Part shown: positions 20,179-30,284 of the stretch, piece after piece | How positions within the stretch are numbered: the first letter of the stretch is position 1 | Layout: each line of letters starts with the position of its first letter | Origin: an uncultured Gemmatimonadales bacterium | GTDB lineage: Bacteria; Gemmatimonadota; Gemmatimonadetes; Longimicrobiales; Gaopeijiaceae | Length of the DNA: 64,000 bases | Reading direction: 5' to 3' | Assembly: GCA_963823035.1 (NCBI GenBank) | Contig: CAWGKG010000010.1 | Span: forward strand, 192,001 to 256,000 | Notes under the pieces: generated by a model | Database searches by the model: none | The model's input: the letters and a program-made list of their open reading frames with translations, nothing else | Told to the model about the DNA's origin: nothing | Translations under genes and position numbers: made by a program

Positions 20179-22292
20179 GCCGGCCCACCGGGAGCGGAGG
20201 AACGCGGCATCGCACTCCCCTGATCCGCATGACGCTGGGCGTCTCCGCGATCGTCGCCGCCATGTCGCTGTTCATGTATATCGACATTCCACGACGGCTG
20301 GAGACGCAGGCGATGGTCGCGGTCTCCGACAAGGCGCTGAGCCTCGCGCGCATGTCCGCCTTCAGCCTCGCGGCGGCGGTCTACTTCGACGATCAAGACG
20401 GCGTGGGAGAGGTGCTGCAGGGTCTGAAGGCCGATTCGGACGTCTACTACGTCATCGTGGCGGATCCGGCGAAGCGAACGATCGCGTCGGTGGCCCCCGA
20501 GCGCGCCGAAGAGGACGCCTTCGAGGAGACCACCGAGCCTTCGCTCTGCCCGGACGGACGTGTACTCCGGGTCCAGGCGCCCATCGAGTATCTCGATCGC
20601 ACGGTCGGGACCGTGTACCTCGGGCTGGCGCTGGACCAGATCCAGGCGGCGGTAGCCGAGAGCCGCCGCCAGGTCGCGGGGCTGGCGCTCCTCGTGTTCG
20701 TGATGGCACTCCTCGGCGTCGTCGCGATCGGCGTCCTGATGGAGCGGCTGGAGCGGCGTAATCAGGGCCTGTCCGCGCGCTTCACCACCCTCTTCGACTC
20801 CGCGGACCTGGGCCTGGCGACCATCGACGGCGAGGGCGTCATCCAGGAGCACAACAAGGCGCTGCGCGACATCGTGGGCGCGGCCCACCTCTCCGGACGG
20901 AAGCTCACCTCGCTCCTCGACCCCCTGGACGCCACCCAGGTCGCGGATTGGATCGAGACGCTCCGCAGGAGCGAGCGGGAGAGCCTCCACGGCGAGGTCC
21001 GCCCGGGGCCGCCCGGACCGACCGACGGGCGGTGGCACCTGACGCTCTCGGGCGTGCGCGGCTCCGGAGGGGGGCTCGACTTCGTCATGGCGATCGTGGA
21101 AGACGTGTCGAGTCGCCGCCAGCTCGAGCAACAGCTTCTCCAGGCCCAGAAGATGGAGGCGATCGGGCGGCTTGGCCGGGGGGGTGGCGCACGACTTCAA
21201 CAACCTCCTCACGACGATCAACGGCACGGCGAGCGTCGCGCTCATGGAGATGGACGACGGAGCCGCCATCGAGGAGGACCTGCGCGAGATCCTCGCGGCC
21301 GGGGAGCGAGCGGCGTCGCTGACGCACCAGCTGCTCGCGTTCAGTCGGCGGCAGATGATCCAGCAGAAGGTGGTGGACCTGAACGCCGTGATCGCCGAAA
21401 CCGCGGCCATGCTGCGCCGGCTCATCGGTGAGGACGTGGGCCTGCACCTCGAGCTGGCGCAAGCCGTTCCTCCCGTGCTCGCCGACCCGGGCCAGCTCGG
21501 TCAGGTGCTCATGAACCTCGCGGTGAACGCCCGCGACGCGATGCCCGGCGGCGGTGAGCTGTGGATCGAAACCGGAGCGCTCGAGCTGGACGCGCCGGCC
21601 TCCCTGCGGTACGGGACGCCGCGGATCGGCAGCCATGCGATGCTGCGCGTCCGGGACACGGGGCAGGGGATGGACCAGACCACGCTGTCGATGGTCTTCG
21701 AGCCCTTCTTCACGACGAAGCCGGTCGGGAAGGGCACGGGACTCGGCCTGCCCACGGTCTACGGCATCGTGAAGCAGAGCTCGGGCGGCGTGCTCGTCGA
21801 CAGCACACCGGGGGCGGGCACGACCTTCACGATCGTGCTGCCGGAGCACGTCGGAGTCGGCGTGGTCGTCGAGACCCCGACGTCCGACGAAGAGCAGCTC
21901 ACCCCAGGCAGCGGGACGATCCTGCTGGTCGAGGACGAAGACGCCGTGCGCAAGCTCGTGTCGCGTGTGCTCCGGAGGGTGGGCTACGAGGTGCTCGAGG
22001 CCGCCGACGCGCACGAAGCCATCCAGGTGGCCTCCCGGCACCGTGGGCGTCTGCAGGCGCTGGTGACGGACGTCGTCATGCCGGGAATGGGCGGCACGGA
22101 GCTGGCGCGCACGCTCGTCGCGTTGCATCCGCAGCTCAAGGTCCTGTTCATGTCCGGCTACACGCGCAGCGAGGTGCTGCCCGGCCGAGCAGATCGGCGG
22201 TGACTCGGCGTTCCTGCCGAAGCCGATGACGCCCGGCGGACCTGACACGCACGCTCGCAGAGCTCATCGGCAGGCACCCCGTCCATGCCTGA
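20175..22292 (+). CDS. Hybrid sensor histidine kinase (periplasmic sensor, PAS, HisKA, HATPase, REC), frameshifted
   Basis: AQKMEAIGRL/AGGVAHDFNNLL, NLAVNARDAM, DTGQGM, FFTTK..GTGLGL, ILLVEDE, TDVVMPGM, FLPKP. Indels near 21175, 22200 and 22235. Confidence 0.88.
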
Positions 22293-22377
22293 GCGCGCGA
22301 CGCCCGGCAAAGCCGGAGCGGCGCGACGTCTCCGGCTCCACTCGCTCCGGCGCGGCCGCGCGCTATCTTGCCGGACC

Positions 22378-23565
22378 ATGACCTCCGACTCCCCCATGGT
22401 CCGCTCCGGACTCCAGCGCCTCGTCGAGGGTGACGCCGGCGCCCACCTGCGCGGCGCCGCCACCGGGCTGATCCTCCATCCCGCTTCCGTGACCGGCGAT
22501 CTGATCCTGGCGGTCGACGCGCTCCTCGAGAGGGGCTTCGACCTGCGCGCGCTCTTCGGTCCCCAGCACGGGGCGCGGGGCGAGAAGCAGGACAACATGA
22601 TCGAGTCGACCCACTACCGGGACCCGCGCACGGGTCTTCCCGTGCACTCCCTCTACAGCGAGGTCCGCAAGCCCGCGCCCGGGATGCTCGCCGGCCTCGA
22701 CGCCGTCCTCTTCGACCTCCAGGACGTGGGGGTGCGCGTCTATACGTTCGCGTGGACCATGGCGCTGTCGATGGAGGCATGCGCGGAGGCGGGGGTTCGC
22801 TTCGTGGTGCTGGACCGTCCCAACCCGGTGGGCGGCGTGCGGCGGGAGGGCCCCGTCCTCCACGCGGGCTTCGAGTCCTTCGTGGGCCTCCACCCGGTGC
22901 CGTTGCGCCACGGGCTGACGGTGGGTGAGCTCGCGCGCTGGCTCAACGAAGCACGGGGCATCGGGTGCGACCTGGAGGTCGTGCCCATGGAGGGGTGGAT
23001 GCGGGAGATGTCGTGGGACGAAACGGGGCTCCCCTGGGTCACCCCCAGCCCGAACCTGCCGACACCGGACTCCTGCGCCGTCTACCCCGGGATGGTCCTG
23101 GTGGAGGGCACGAACCTCTCGGAGGGGAGGGGCACGACGCGTCCCTTCGAGCTCGTGGGTGCCCCGTGGCTGGATGGCTTCGCGCTCGCCGAGCGTCTCG
23201 AGGCGACGGCCCCGGCGGGCGTCCGCTACCGCCCGTGCTGGTTCGAGCCGACGTTCCAGAAGCACGCGGGTGAGGTATGCGGGGGCGTCCAGCTCCACGT
23301 GACCGACGCTACGACGTTCGAGCCGGTGCGCGCCGCCGTGGAGCTCTTCCGGGCCGCCCGCTCGCTGGCACCGGACGATTTCGATTGGCGTCCGCCCCCG
23401 TACGAGTACGAGGAGCGGCTCATGCCGATCGACATCCTCTGGGGCCACGACGGGCTACGCCGAGGGGTGGATGGGGGCCTTTCGACGGAGCGGATCCTCG
23501 AAGGCGTCGAGGGCGAATGCGCGCGGTTCGGCCTCGAGGTGGAGCCGTTCCTGCTCTACGCGTGA
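22378..23565 (+). CDS. namZ: Exo-beta-N-acetylmuramidase NamZ family (DUF1343)
   Basis: LFGPQHG, FDLQDVGVRVYTF, LDRPNP, RHGLTVGELA, PSPNLPT, EGTNLSEGRGTTRPFE. Confidence 0.88.
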   Translation: MTSDSPMVRSGLQRLVEGDAGAHLRGAATGLILHPASVTGDLILAVDALLERGFDLRALFGPQHGARGEKQDNMIESTHYRDPRTGLPVHSLYSEVRKPAPGMLAGLDAVLFDLQDVGVRVYTFAWTMALSMEACAEAGVRFVVLDRPNPVGGVRREGPVLHAGFESFVGLHPVPLRHGLTVGELARWLNEARGIGCDLEVVPMEGWMREMSWDETGLPWVTPSPNLPTPDSCAVYPGMVLVEGTNLSEGRGTTRPFELVGAPWLDGFALAERLEATAPAGVRYRPCWFEPTFQKHAGEVCGGVQLHVTDATTFEPVRAAVELFRAARSLAPDDFDWRPPPYEYEERLMPIDILWGHDGLRRGVDGGLSTERILEGVEGECARFGLEVEPFLLYA

Positions 23566-23593
23566 CGGTTCGGGCCGACCCGCTACGCGCCGC

Positions 23594-23986
23594 TCACCGG
23601 CACCAGTCCCGCATCATCGCGAGGTCCGTGGAGATCTGAAGCTCGAGCGTGTCGCCGGGATCCACGTCGATGTTCTCGGTGGTGCAGCGCGGGCCCGCCA
23701 CGAAGTCGAACTCGATGCGCATCGGCTCGGAGAAGCGCCACGGCACCGTGAACACGGCCTCGCTCTTGCCCGTCACGGTGCCGAGCCGCTGGCGTCGGCC
23801 GTCCCGCACGAGCGTCCACAGCGTGACGTCGGAGAAGTTGCGGTTCTGGATCGAGATCCTGACCTCCTCGCGCTCTGCGAGGTCGTCGCTGAAGGGGCTC
23901 CCTGAGCGCCTCGGGCCTCCACTCGCACAGGCGGTCATGGCGAGCAGGGCCCCCGCGAGGGCGAGGCGCGACGCGTGGATGCTCAT
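23594..23986 (-). CDS. Hypothetical lipoprotein (paralog 2)
   Basis: Lipobox MTAC; IQNRNFSDVT..RLGTVTGKS..VDPGD. Confidence 0.75.
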   Translation of the reverse strand: MSIHASRLALAGALLAMTACASGGPRRSGSPFSDDLAEREEVRISIQNRNFSDVTLWTLVRDGRRQRLGTVTGKSEAVFTVPWRFSEPMRIEFDFVAGPRCTTENIDVDPGDTLELQISTDLAMMRDWCR

Positions 23987-23991
23987 GGCAG

Positions 23992-24393
23992 TTAGCTCTT
24001 CCCGGCGTAGCAGGGCGTCATGCCGATCTGTGTCGGGATGCGCAACCAGACATGGTCGCCCGGGTCGACCGTCATGGGACGGACGCCACAGCCTTCCCCG
24101 CCCACCAGATCGACCCGGAATTCGATCGGAACCGAGAAATTCCACCGGATCTTGAAGTTCTGCTGTGACTTTCCGGTCACCTGACCCAGACGGATGCGCT
24201 CACCGCCCCGCAGCGCGTGGATCGTGGCGTCGCCGAAGTTCTGGTTCTCGATCCGTACCTCGATGGAGCCCTCGCCGCCACGCGAGCCGCCCGCGAAGGG
24301 GTTCCGGGTCGAGGTGACTCGGGCGCAGGCGCCGGGGGCGAGGACGAGGATCGCCATCAACACGGCGCGAATGGGAGTGGAGGACGGCGACAT
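23992..24393 (-). CDS. Hypothetical lipoprotein (paralog 1)
   Basis: Lipobox-like PGAC; IENQNFGDAT..RLGQVTGKS..VDPGD; GAGGAG upstream. Confidence 0.75.
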   Translation of the reverse strand: MSPSSTPIRAVLMAILVLAPGACARVTSTRNPFAGGSRGGEGSIEVRIENQNFGDATIHALRGGERIRLGQVTGKSQQNFKIRWNFSVPIEFRVDLVGGEGCGVRPMTVDPGDHVWLRIPTQIGMTPCYAGKS

Positions 24394-24572
24394 GACGGAA
24401 GGTCTCCTCGGCGCTGAACGTCGTCGCAATATGTACCCCCGATACCCGGGAGTGAGCCGGCCGCTTCGCGGCCGACCGTCGACTCGATTGCATGGAGCCG
24501 GTCCAGGCCCGATCATCCCTGCCGGACCGCCGACCGACGGCCGGGAGGCGCAACCATGGATCGGAGGAACCA

Positions 24573-26822
24573 ATGCCCCGCAGCATCATACGCTCGAGCC
24601 TCGCGCTTCTCTCAGCCCTGGCGGTCATGGCGTTCTTGCCGGCCCAGTCGGCCGACGACGTCCTGCTCGGCTTCACGGCCCAAAGCAGCCAGGCGCAGCG
24701 GGAGCTCGAGGCGCGGTTCGACGCACAGCTGGACACTGCGAGCCTGCGGGAATGGCTGAAGTACCTCACGCGGCATCCCAACCACATCGGCTCTCCCGGC
24801 GGGAAGGAGAACGCCGAGTGGATCGCCGAGCAATTCCGGTCGTGGGGCTTCGACACCCGGATCGACGAGTATCAGGTGCTCTTCCCGACCCCGAAGGAGC
24901 GCATGGTCGAGCTGGTGGCGCCCCGACGCTATCGCCTGAAGCTGGCCGAGCCCGCCGTGAAGGGGGACGCCACCTCGGGGATGACGAAGGACCGCCTTCC
25001 CTCGTACAACGCGTACTCGGCCGACGGGGACGTGGAGGCCGAGATCGTCTACGTGAACTACGGGGTGCCCGCCGACTACGAGGAGCTCGAACGCCGCGGA
25101 ATCGACGTGAAGGGGAAGATCGTGCTCGCGCGCTACGGTGGGTCGTGGCGGGGCATCAAGCCGAAGGTCGCCGCGCAGAAGGGCGCGATCGGGTGCATCA
25201 TCTACTCCGACCCACGCGATGACGGCTACTTCCAGGGCGACGTCTATCCGAAGGGCGCGTATCGCATGGAGCAGGGCGTGCAGCGCGGCTCGGTGGAGGA
25301 CATGCCGCAGTATCCCGGTGATCCGCTCACGCCAGGCGTGGGCGCGACGGCCGACGCGAAGCGGATGACCGTCGAGGAGTCGCCGACGATCATGAAGATC
25401 CCGGTGCTGCCGATCTCCTACGGTGACGCCCAGCCGATCCTCGAGGCGCTGGAGGGTCCCGTGGCCCCCGCGTCGTGGCGGGGTGCCCTCCCGCTCACCT
25501 ACCACCTCGGCCCCGGCCCGGCCCGCGTGCACATGAAGCTGGCCTTCAACTGGGACCTGGTGACCGCGCACGACGTCATCGCCGTGATGCGCGGCTCCGA
25601 GCGGCCGGACGAGTGGGTCGTGCGCGGCAACCACATCGATGGGTGGACGTTCGGCGCGGGTGACCCGCTGTCCGGCTTCGTCGACCTCATGGAAGAGGCA
25701 CGCGCCGTGGGTGCGCTGGTGAAGACCGGGTGGCGCCCGAAGCGCACGATCGTCTACGCCGGCTGGGACGGCGAGGAGCCCGGCCTGCTCGGCTCGACCG
25801 AGTGGGCGGAGGCGCACGGCGCAGAGCTGCAACAGAAGGCCGTCGCCTACATCAACTCGGATGGAAACGGCCGCGGCTTCCTGGGCGTCGGGGGATCGCA
25901 CCAGCTCGAGCGCTTCGTCACGCAGATCGCGGCGGACGTGCCCGACCCGGAACGCCACGTGACGGCCCTCGCGCGGCTCAAGGCCGCGATGGGGGTGCGG
26001 GGCGTGCCGGTGCCCACCGGCGACCTGGACATCTCTCCGCTCGGATCGGGCTCCGACTACACGCCCTTCCTCCAACACCTCGGCATCCCGGCGCTGAACA
26101 TCGGCTACGGGGGTGAGGACGGGGGCGGGTCGTACCACTCGATCTTCGACTCCTACGACCACTACTCCCGCTTCGGCGACACGACGTTCGAGTACGGGGT
26201 GGCCCTCGCCAAGACCGCGGGGCGCGCCACCCTGCGGCTGGCCGACGCCGACGTGCTCCCGTTCCGCTACTCCAACCTCGCCGCCGACGTCGCGGACTAC
26301 CTCGGCGAGGTGAAGAAGCTGGCGGACGACATGCGCACCGAGACCGAGCACCGGAACCAGATGGTGGACCAGGGCGCCTACGTCCTGGCGGCGGACCCGA
26401 CCGAGACGTACGTGCCGCCCGAGAAGAAGGACCCGGTGCCCTACCTCAACTTCGCGCCGCTGGAGAACGCCTCGGCGCGCCTGGGCGCGGCCGCGAAGGC
26501 CTACGACGCGGCGCTGTCGAAGAAGATGGCGTCGGGTGGCCCGAACGCCGCCACCGCGACGCGGCTCAACGGGCTCCTGCAGGGGCTCGAGCAGCGCCTG
26601 ACCCGGAAGGACGGTCTCCCTCGCCGCCCCTGGTTCCGGCATCAGATCTACGCGCCGGGATTCTGGACCGGATACGGCGTGAAGACGCTTCCGGGCGTGC
26701 GCGAGGGGATCGAGGAGCGTTCGTGGGACGAGGTGCGGCAGTTCGTCGACGAGATCTCCGCGGCGCTGAACCGGCTGAGCGACGGGCTGGACGAGGCGAC
26801 GGGGATGCTGTCCACCGGGTGA
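24573..26822 (+). CDS. M28 glutamate carboxypeptidase II-like peptidase (PA and transferrin-receptor dimerisation domains)
   Basis: VQRGSV, PGDPLTPG, GNHIDGW, WDGEEPGLLGSTEW, LGSGSDY, YHSIFD, RPWFRHQIYAPG. Confidence 0.93.
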   Translation: MPRSIIRSSLALLSALAVMAFLPAQSADDVLLGFTAQSSQAQRELEARFDAQLDTASLREWLKYLTRHPNHIGSPGGKENAEWIAEQFRSWGFDTRIDEYQVLFPTPKERMVELVAPRRYRLKLAEPAVKGDATSGMTKDRLPSYNAYSADGDVEAEIVYVNYGVPADYEELERRGIDVKGKIVLARYGGSWRGIKPKVAAQKGAIGCIIYSDPRDDGYFQGDVYPKGAYRMEQGVQRGSVEDMPQYPGDPLTPGVGATADAKRMTVEESPTIMKIPVLPISYGDAQPILEALEGPVAPASWRGALPLTYHLGPGPARVHMKLAFNWDLVTAHDVIAVMRGSERPDEWVVRGNHIDGWTFGAGDPLSGFVDLMEEARAVGALVKTGWRPKRTIVYAGWDGEEPGLLGSTEWAEAHGAELQQKAVAYINSDGNGRGFLGVGGSHQLERFVTQIAADVPDPERHVTALARLKAAMGVRGVPVPTGDLDISPLGSGSDYTPFLQHLGIPALNIGYGGEDGGGSYHSIFDSYDHYSRFGDTTFEYGVALAKTAGRATLRLADADVLPFRYSNLAADVADYLGEVKKLADDMRTETEHRNQMVDQGAYVLAADPTETYVPPEKKDPVPYLNFAPLENASARLGAAAKAYDAALSKKMASGGPNAATATRLNGLLQGLEQRLTRKDGLPRRPWFRHQIYAPGFWTGYGVKTLPGVREGIEERSWDEVRQFVDEISAALNRLSDGLDEATGMLSTG

Positions 26823-27377
26823 ACGGCGCGACCCACGTGGCGACGGTACGCACGCTCGAGACGGAGCGGCTGTGCATGGTGCCCGTGGACGCGCGCGGCA
26901 TGAAGGCCTGGTTGGCCGGGGACGGAGCCGTCCTGCGGGAGGCCACCGGCGCGCGGTTCCGGGAGCCGCTGGACGCCCCGCCCCTCTTCCGGGACGACCT
27001 GGGCTTCTTCAGCGAGAAGATGGCCAGCCGTCCCGGACGAGCTGGGCTGGTGGGTGTGGCTGGCCTACCGCCGTGACGACGGGGAGGCGGTGGGGGTGTG
27101 CGGGCTCGGAGGGCCGCCCGACACGGACGGGGCGGTCACGCTCGGGTACTCGGTCTACCCGTACCTCGAGGGGCGCGGCTACGCGACCGAAGCCGCGGGC
27201 GCATTGGTGGCGTGGGCGATGGCGCAGCCCGGCGTGCAGCTCGTGCGCGCAACCGTGCCGCTCGGCCACGCCGCATCGATGGGTGTGGCCCGGAAGCTGG
27301 GCATGACCGATGTCGGTTGGGCCGTGGACCCTGAAGCCGGCGAGGTCGCGGTGTTCGAGAGGGCGCGGGACGTGTAG
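26819..27377 (+). CDS. GNAT (RimJ/RimL-like) acetyltransferase, frameshift near 27035
   Basis: LETERL at the N-terminus; LGYSV..GRGYATEA..ASMGVARKLG; GTGA overlap with the upstream stop. Confidence 0.8.
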
Positions 27378-27384
27378 CGTCGTG

Positions 27385-29751
27385 ATGCACAGGCTGACGA
27401 AGCTGCTCCGGGAGATCCACCGCCGCTCGGTGTGGCAGGTGCTCGGCGTCTACGTCGCCGGGTCGTGGGCCGTTCTGCAGGCGGTGGACTTCGTCACCGG
27501 CTTCCTCGGCCTTCCGGAATGGACGCCGGGGTTCGCGCTCGTCCTTCTGCTGATCGGCCTGCCGATCGTCGGAGTGACGGCCATCATCCAGGAGGGTCCG
27601 CCCGGGCTCACGGGCGAGTACCGCGACGAGGTCGACCCGAACGAGCTGGTGGGGCGCACGCCCGCCGAGGTGCACGTCGACCCCTCGGCGCATCCACTGT
27701 ACTCGGAGCGCCTCTTCACCTGGCGCAACGCCATCCTGGGCGGGGTGGGGGCTGCCGGGCTCCTCGCCGGGTCCGTGGTGGCATACCTCGCCATGTGGGC
27801 GCTCGGGATCGGACCGATGGGCTCGCTCCTCGCCCAGGGCGTTCTCGAGGAGCGGGATCCCGTCATCCTCGCCGACTTCGAGGACCGGGCCGACGACGCC
27901 TCACTCGCGGCGGCGGTGACGGACGCCTTCCGCGTCGACCTGGCGGAGTCACGCGTCGTCACGCTGATGGACGGACGCCTGATCCACGACGTGCTCCAGC
28001 GGATGGGACGAGCGCCGGACGCGCGCCTCGACGCCGGGGCTGCGCGCGAGGTCGCGGTCCACCGGGGAGTGAAGGCCGTGGTGGAGGGCGACGTGTCGCG
28101 CGTGGGTACGGGCTACCTGCTCGCCGCGCGCATCGTGGTGCCCGAGGACGGCCACACGCTCGCGGCCTTCCGCGAGAGCGCGCCGGACGACGCGGGCCTC
28201 CTCCCGGCCATCGATCGGCTGTCGCAGGACGTACGGGAGAAGGCCGGGGAGTCGCTCCGCGACGTGCGCGCCGGGCAGCCGCTGGAGGCGGTCACCACCT
28301 CGTCGCTCGACGCGCTGCGCAGGTTCGCGGAGGCCAACCGGGCCGACGAGGCGGGTGAGGTCGAGAACGCCATCGACCTGCTGAAGGCGGCGGTGGCGCT
28401 CGACCCCTCCTTCGCGATGGCGTGGCGGACGCTCGCCGTCGTCTACCGCAACCGGGGTACCGACCACGCCGCGATGGTGGAGGCCGCCACGCGGGCGTAC
28501 GAGAGCCGCGACCGACTGACGGAGCGGGAGCGTCAGCTTGCCGTGGCCTTGTACAACGATGTCGTGACGGGGGACCTCGACGAGGTGGTGCAGGCGTACC
28601 GGCGCGTGCTGGACGACCATCCCGACGACCCGGCCGCGCTCGACGAGCTGGCCACGGTCTACATGACGCTGGAGCGCTGGGATGACGCGGTGGCGGTCCT
28701 CGAGCACGCCGTCGTCGGTCCGGCGAGGTCGCGCTCCGTGTACGGCAACCTGGTGCGCTGCCTGTACAACGTGGGGCGCAAGGACGAGGCGCAGCGAGCG
28801 CTCGGTCGATGGGGCGAGCTCTATCCGCCGGACTTCGCCTGGTTCCGGCACAGGGCCACCGTCCTGGTCGGGATGGGGGATGCGGACAGCGCCCGCGCCG
28901 TGGCCGACGAGGCCGCCGTTGCCCTCGACGCCGATCTCGTCGGGCGTCTGCGCATGATCGAGCTCGGCGGGCGCGCCGCCGTGGCGCAGGGCAGGCTCGA
29001 CGAGGCGGAGCGGCGGTTCCGCGAAGGCCTGGCCGTCTCCGAAGCCCAGGGACCGAACGAAGGCGCGATCTTCTTCGCCCTGGACATCGCGCGCGCGCAC
29101 ATCGCCCGCGGCGCCGATTCGAGAGCCGAGCTGCGGGCCCTCGACACGGAGGCGGAGCGCAGGTTCGCCGACCTTCCCGAGCTGGATCGCCCGTACCAGG
29201 AGCTCGGCCTGGCCTGGGCGGAGCAGGGCCACGACGCGGGACGGGCGGCGTTCTGGTGGAGCCGGCTGCGCGACGCGACGCCCGAGCAGGTGCGTGAGGG
29301 ACCGACCTTCGGCATCGACGAGTTGTACCGCCGTCACTGGATCGACCTCCTCCGGGGGCGGCCGGCCGACGCGCTCCAGGATCTCCGGGAGCGTCGACGT
29401 CTGAGGCCGTGCCGCTCGTGCGACCTGCGCGAGACCGCCCGGGCCTTCGAGGCGCTCCAACAGCCGGATTCGGCCGTCGTGGCGCTGGAGGCGTGGCTCG
29501 GCCGGGACGACTTCGACGACGTCGTGCGCGCGGCCACGGAGCGCGCGGACGCGCTCACCGGGCTCGCGCGGCTCTACGAGGCGGTCGGGAGGCCGGAAGA
29601 CGCCCGCGCCACGTGGCTCCGCTTCGCCGACCGGTGGGCCGACGCGGACGAGGCGCTCCAGCCGCGCGTGCGGGCGGCGCGCGAGCGCGCGCGCGCCCTG
29701 GCCGCCGTGGCCGCCGCCGGGGGCGGCGCCCCTGGAGCGCCCGCGCCGTGA
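27385..29751 (+). CDS. Membrane-anchored TolB/FlgO-like domain + TPR-repeat protein
   Basis: N-terminal REIHRRSVWQV and 3 TM helices; ILADFED..AVVEGDV; VTTSSLDAL; ALDPSFAMAW; long helical repeats; WADADEALQPRV C-terminus. Confidence 0.75.
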   Translation: MHRLTKLLREIHRRSVWQVLGVYVAGSWAVLQAVDFVTGFLGLPEWTPGFALVLLLIGLPIVGVTAIIQEGPPGLTGEYRDEVDPNELVGRTPAEVHVDPSAHPLYSERLFTWRNAILGGVGAAGLLAGSVVAYLAMWALGIGPMGSLLAQGVLEERDPVILADFEDRADDASLAAAVTDAFRVDLAESRVVTLMDGRLIHDVLQRMGRAPDARLDAGAAREVAVHRGVKAVVEGDVSRVGTGYLLAARIVVPEDGHTLAAFRESAPDDAGLLPAIDRLSQDVREKAGESLRDVRAGQPLEAVTTSSLDALRRFAEANRADEAGEVENAIDLLKAAVALDPSFAMAWRTLAVVYRNRGTDHAAMVEAATRAYESRDRLTERERQLAVALYNDVVTGDLDEVVQAYRRVLDDHPDDPAALDELATVYMTLERWDDAVAVLEHAVVGPARSRSVYGNLVRCLYNVGRKDEAQRALGRWGELYPPDFAWFRHRATVLVGMGDADSARAVADEAAVALDADLVGRLRMIELGGRAAVAQGRLDEAERRFREGLAVSEAQGPNEGAIFFALDIARAHIARGADSRAELRALDTEAERRFADLPELDRPYQELGLAWAEQGHDAGRAAFWWSRLRDATPEQVREGPTFGIDELYRRHWIDLLRGRPADALQDLRERRRLRPCRSCDLRETARAFEALQQPDSAVVALEAWLGRDDFDDVVRAATERADALTGLARLYEAVGRPEDARATWLRFADRWADADEALQPRVRAARERARALAAVAAAGGGAPGAPAP

Positions 29752-30284
29752 GCGGGGAAGCCGGGGGCTCCTGGCCGCTGCGCGTCCACCGCGTCCTCGT
29801 GGACGCCGGGGTGACGCAGGTCGGCTACGTGCCGGACGCCGGCCATCGCGCGCTCATCGAGGCCTGCCACGCCGACCCGACCCTGCGGGCCGTGCCCCTT
29901 ACGAGCGAGGAGGAGGGCGTGGGCCTCGCGGCGGGTGCCTGGCTGGGCGGGGCGAGGGCGGTCCTTCTCATGCAGTCGAGCGGCGTCGGCAACCTGGCCA
30001 ACGCGCTCGCCATGGCGAAGACGTGCCGCTTCCCCGTGCCCATGCTCGTCACGATGCGCGGCGAGGAGGGCGAGACGAACCCGTGGCAGCTCCCCATGGG
30101 GGCCGCCGCGGCCGATCTGTTGCGCACGATGGGGGCGCACGTGGTTCGTGCCGCTTCGGCCAATGCGGTCGCGTCCACGGTGGAGGGCGCGCTGCGCCTC
30201 GCGTTCGACGCCGAGGAGGCCGTGGCCGTGCTCATCGCGCAGAGCGTGGTCGGCGTGAAGCAGTTCACGGAGGCGTCGCGATGA
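29748..30284 (+). CDS. Sulfopyruvate/phosphonopyruvate decarboxylase alpha subunit-like (ComD-like)
   Basis: YVPDAGH, SEEEGVGLAAGAWLGG, LLMQSSGVGN, RGEEGETNPWQ; GTGA overlap. Confidence 0.85.
   Translation: MSGEAGGSWPLRVHRVLVDAGVTQVGYVPDAGHRALIEACHADPTLRAVPLTSEEEGVGLAAGAWLGGARAVLLMQSSGVGNLANALAMAKTCRFPVPMLVTMRGEEGETNPWQLPMGAAAADLLRTMGAHVVRAASANAVASTVEGALRLAFDAEEAVAVLIAQSVVGVKQFTEASR

Noticed and set aside
23566..23596. Lipoprotein ending WCR-TGA followed by a small hairpin, as a possible third Sec site
   Set aside because: The loop is not GGU, read-through would run antisense into namZ, and the paralog ends at a similar position with TAA.
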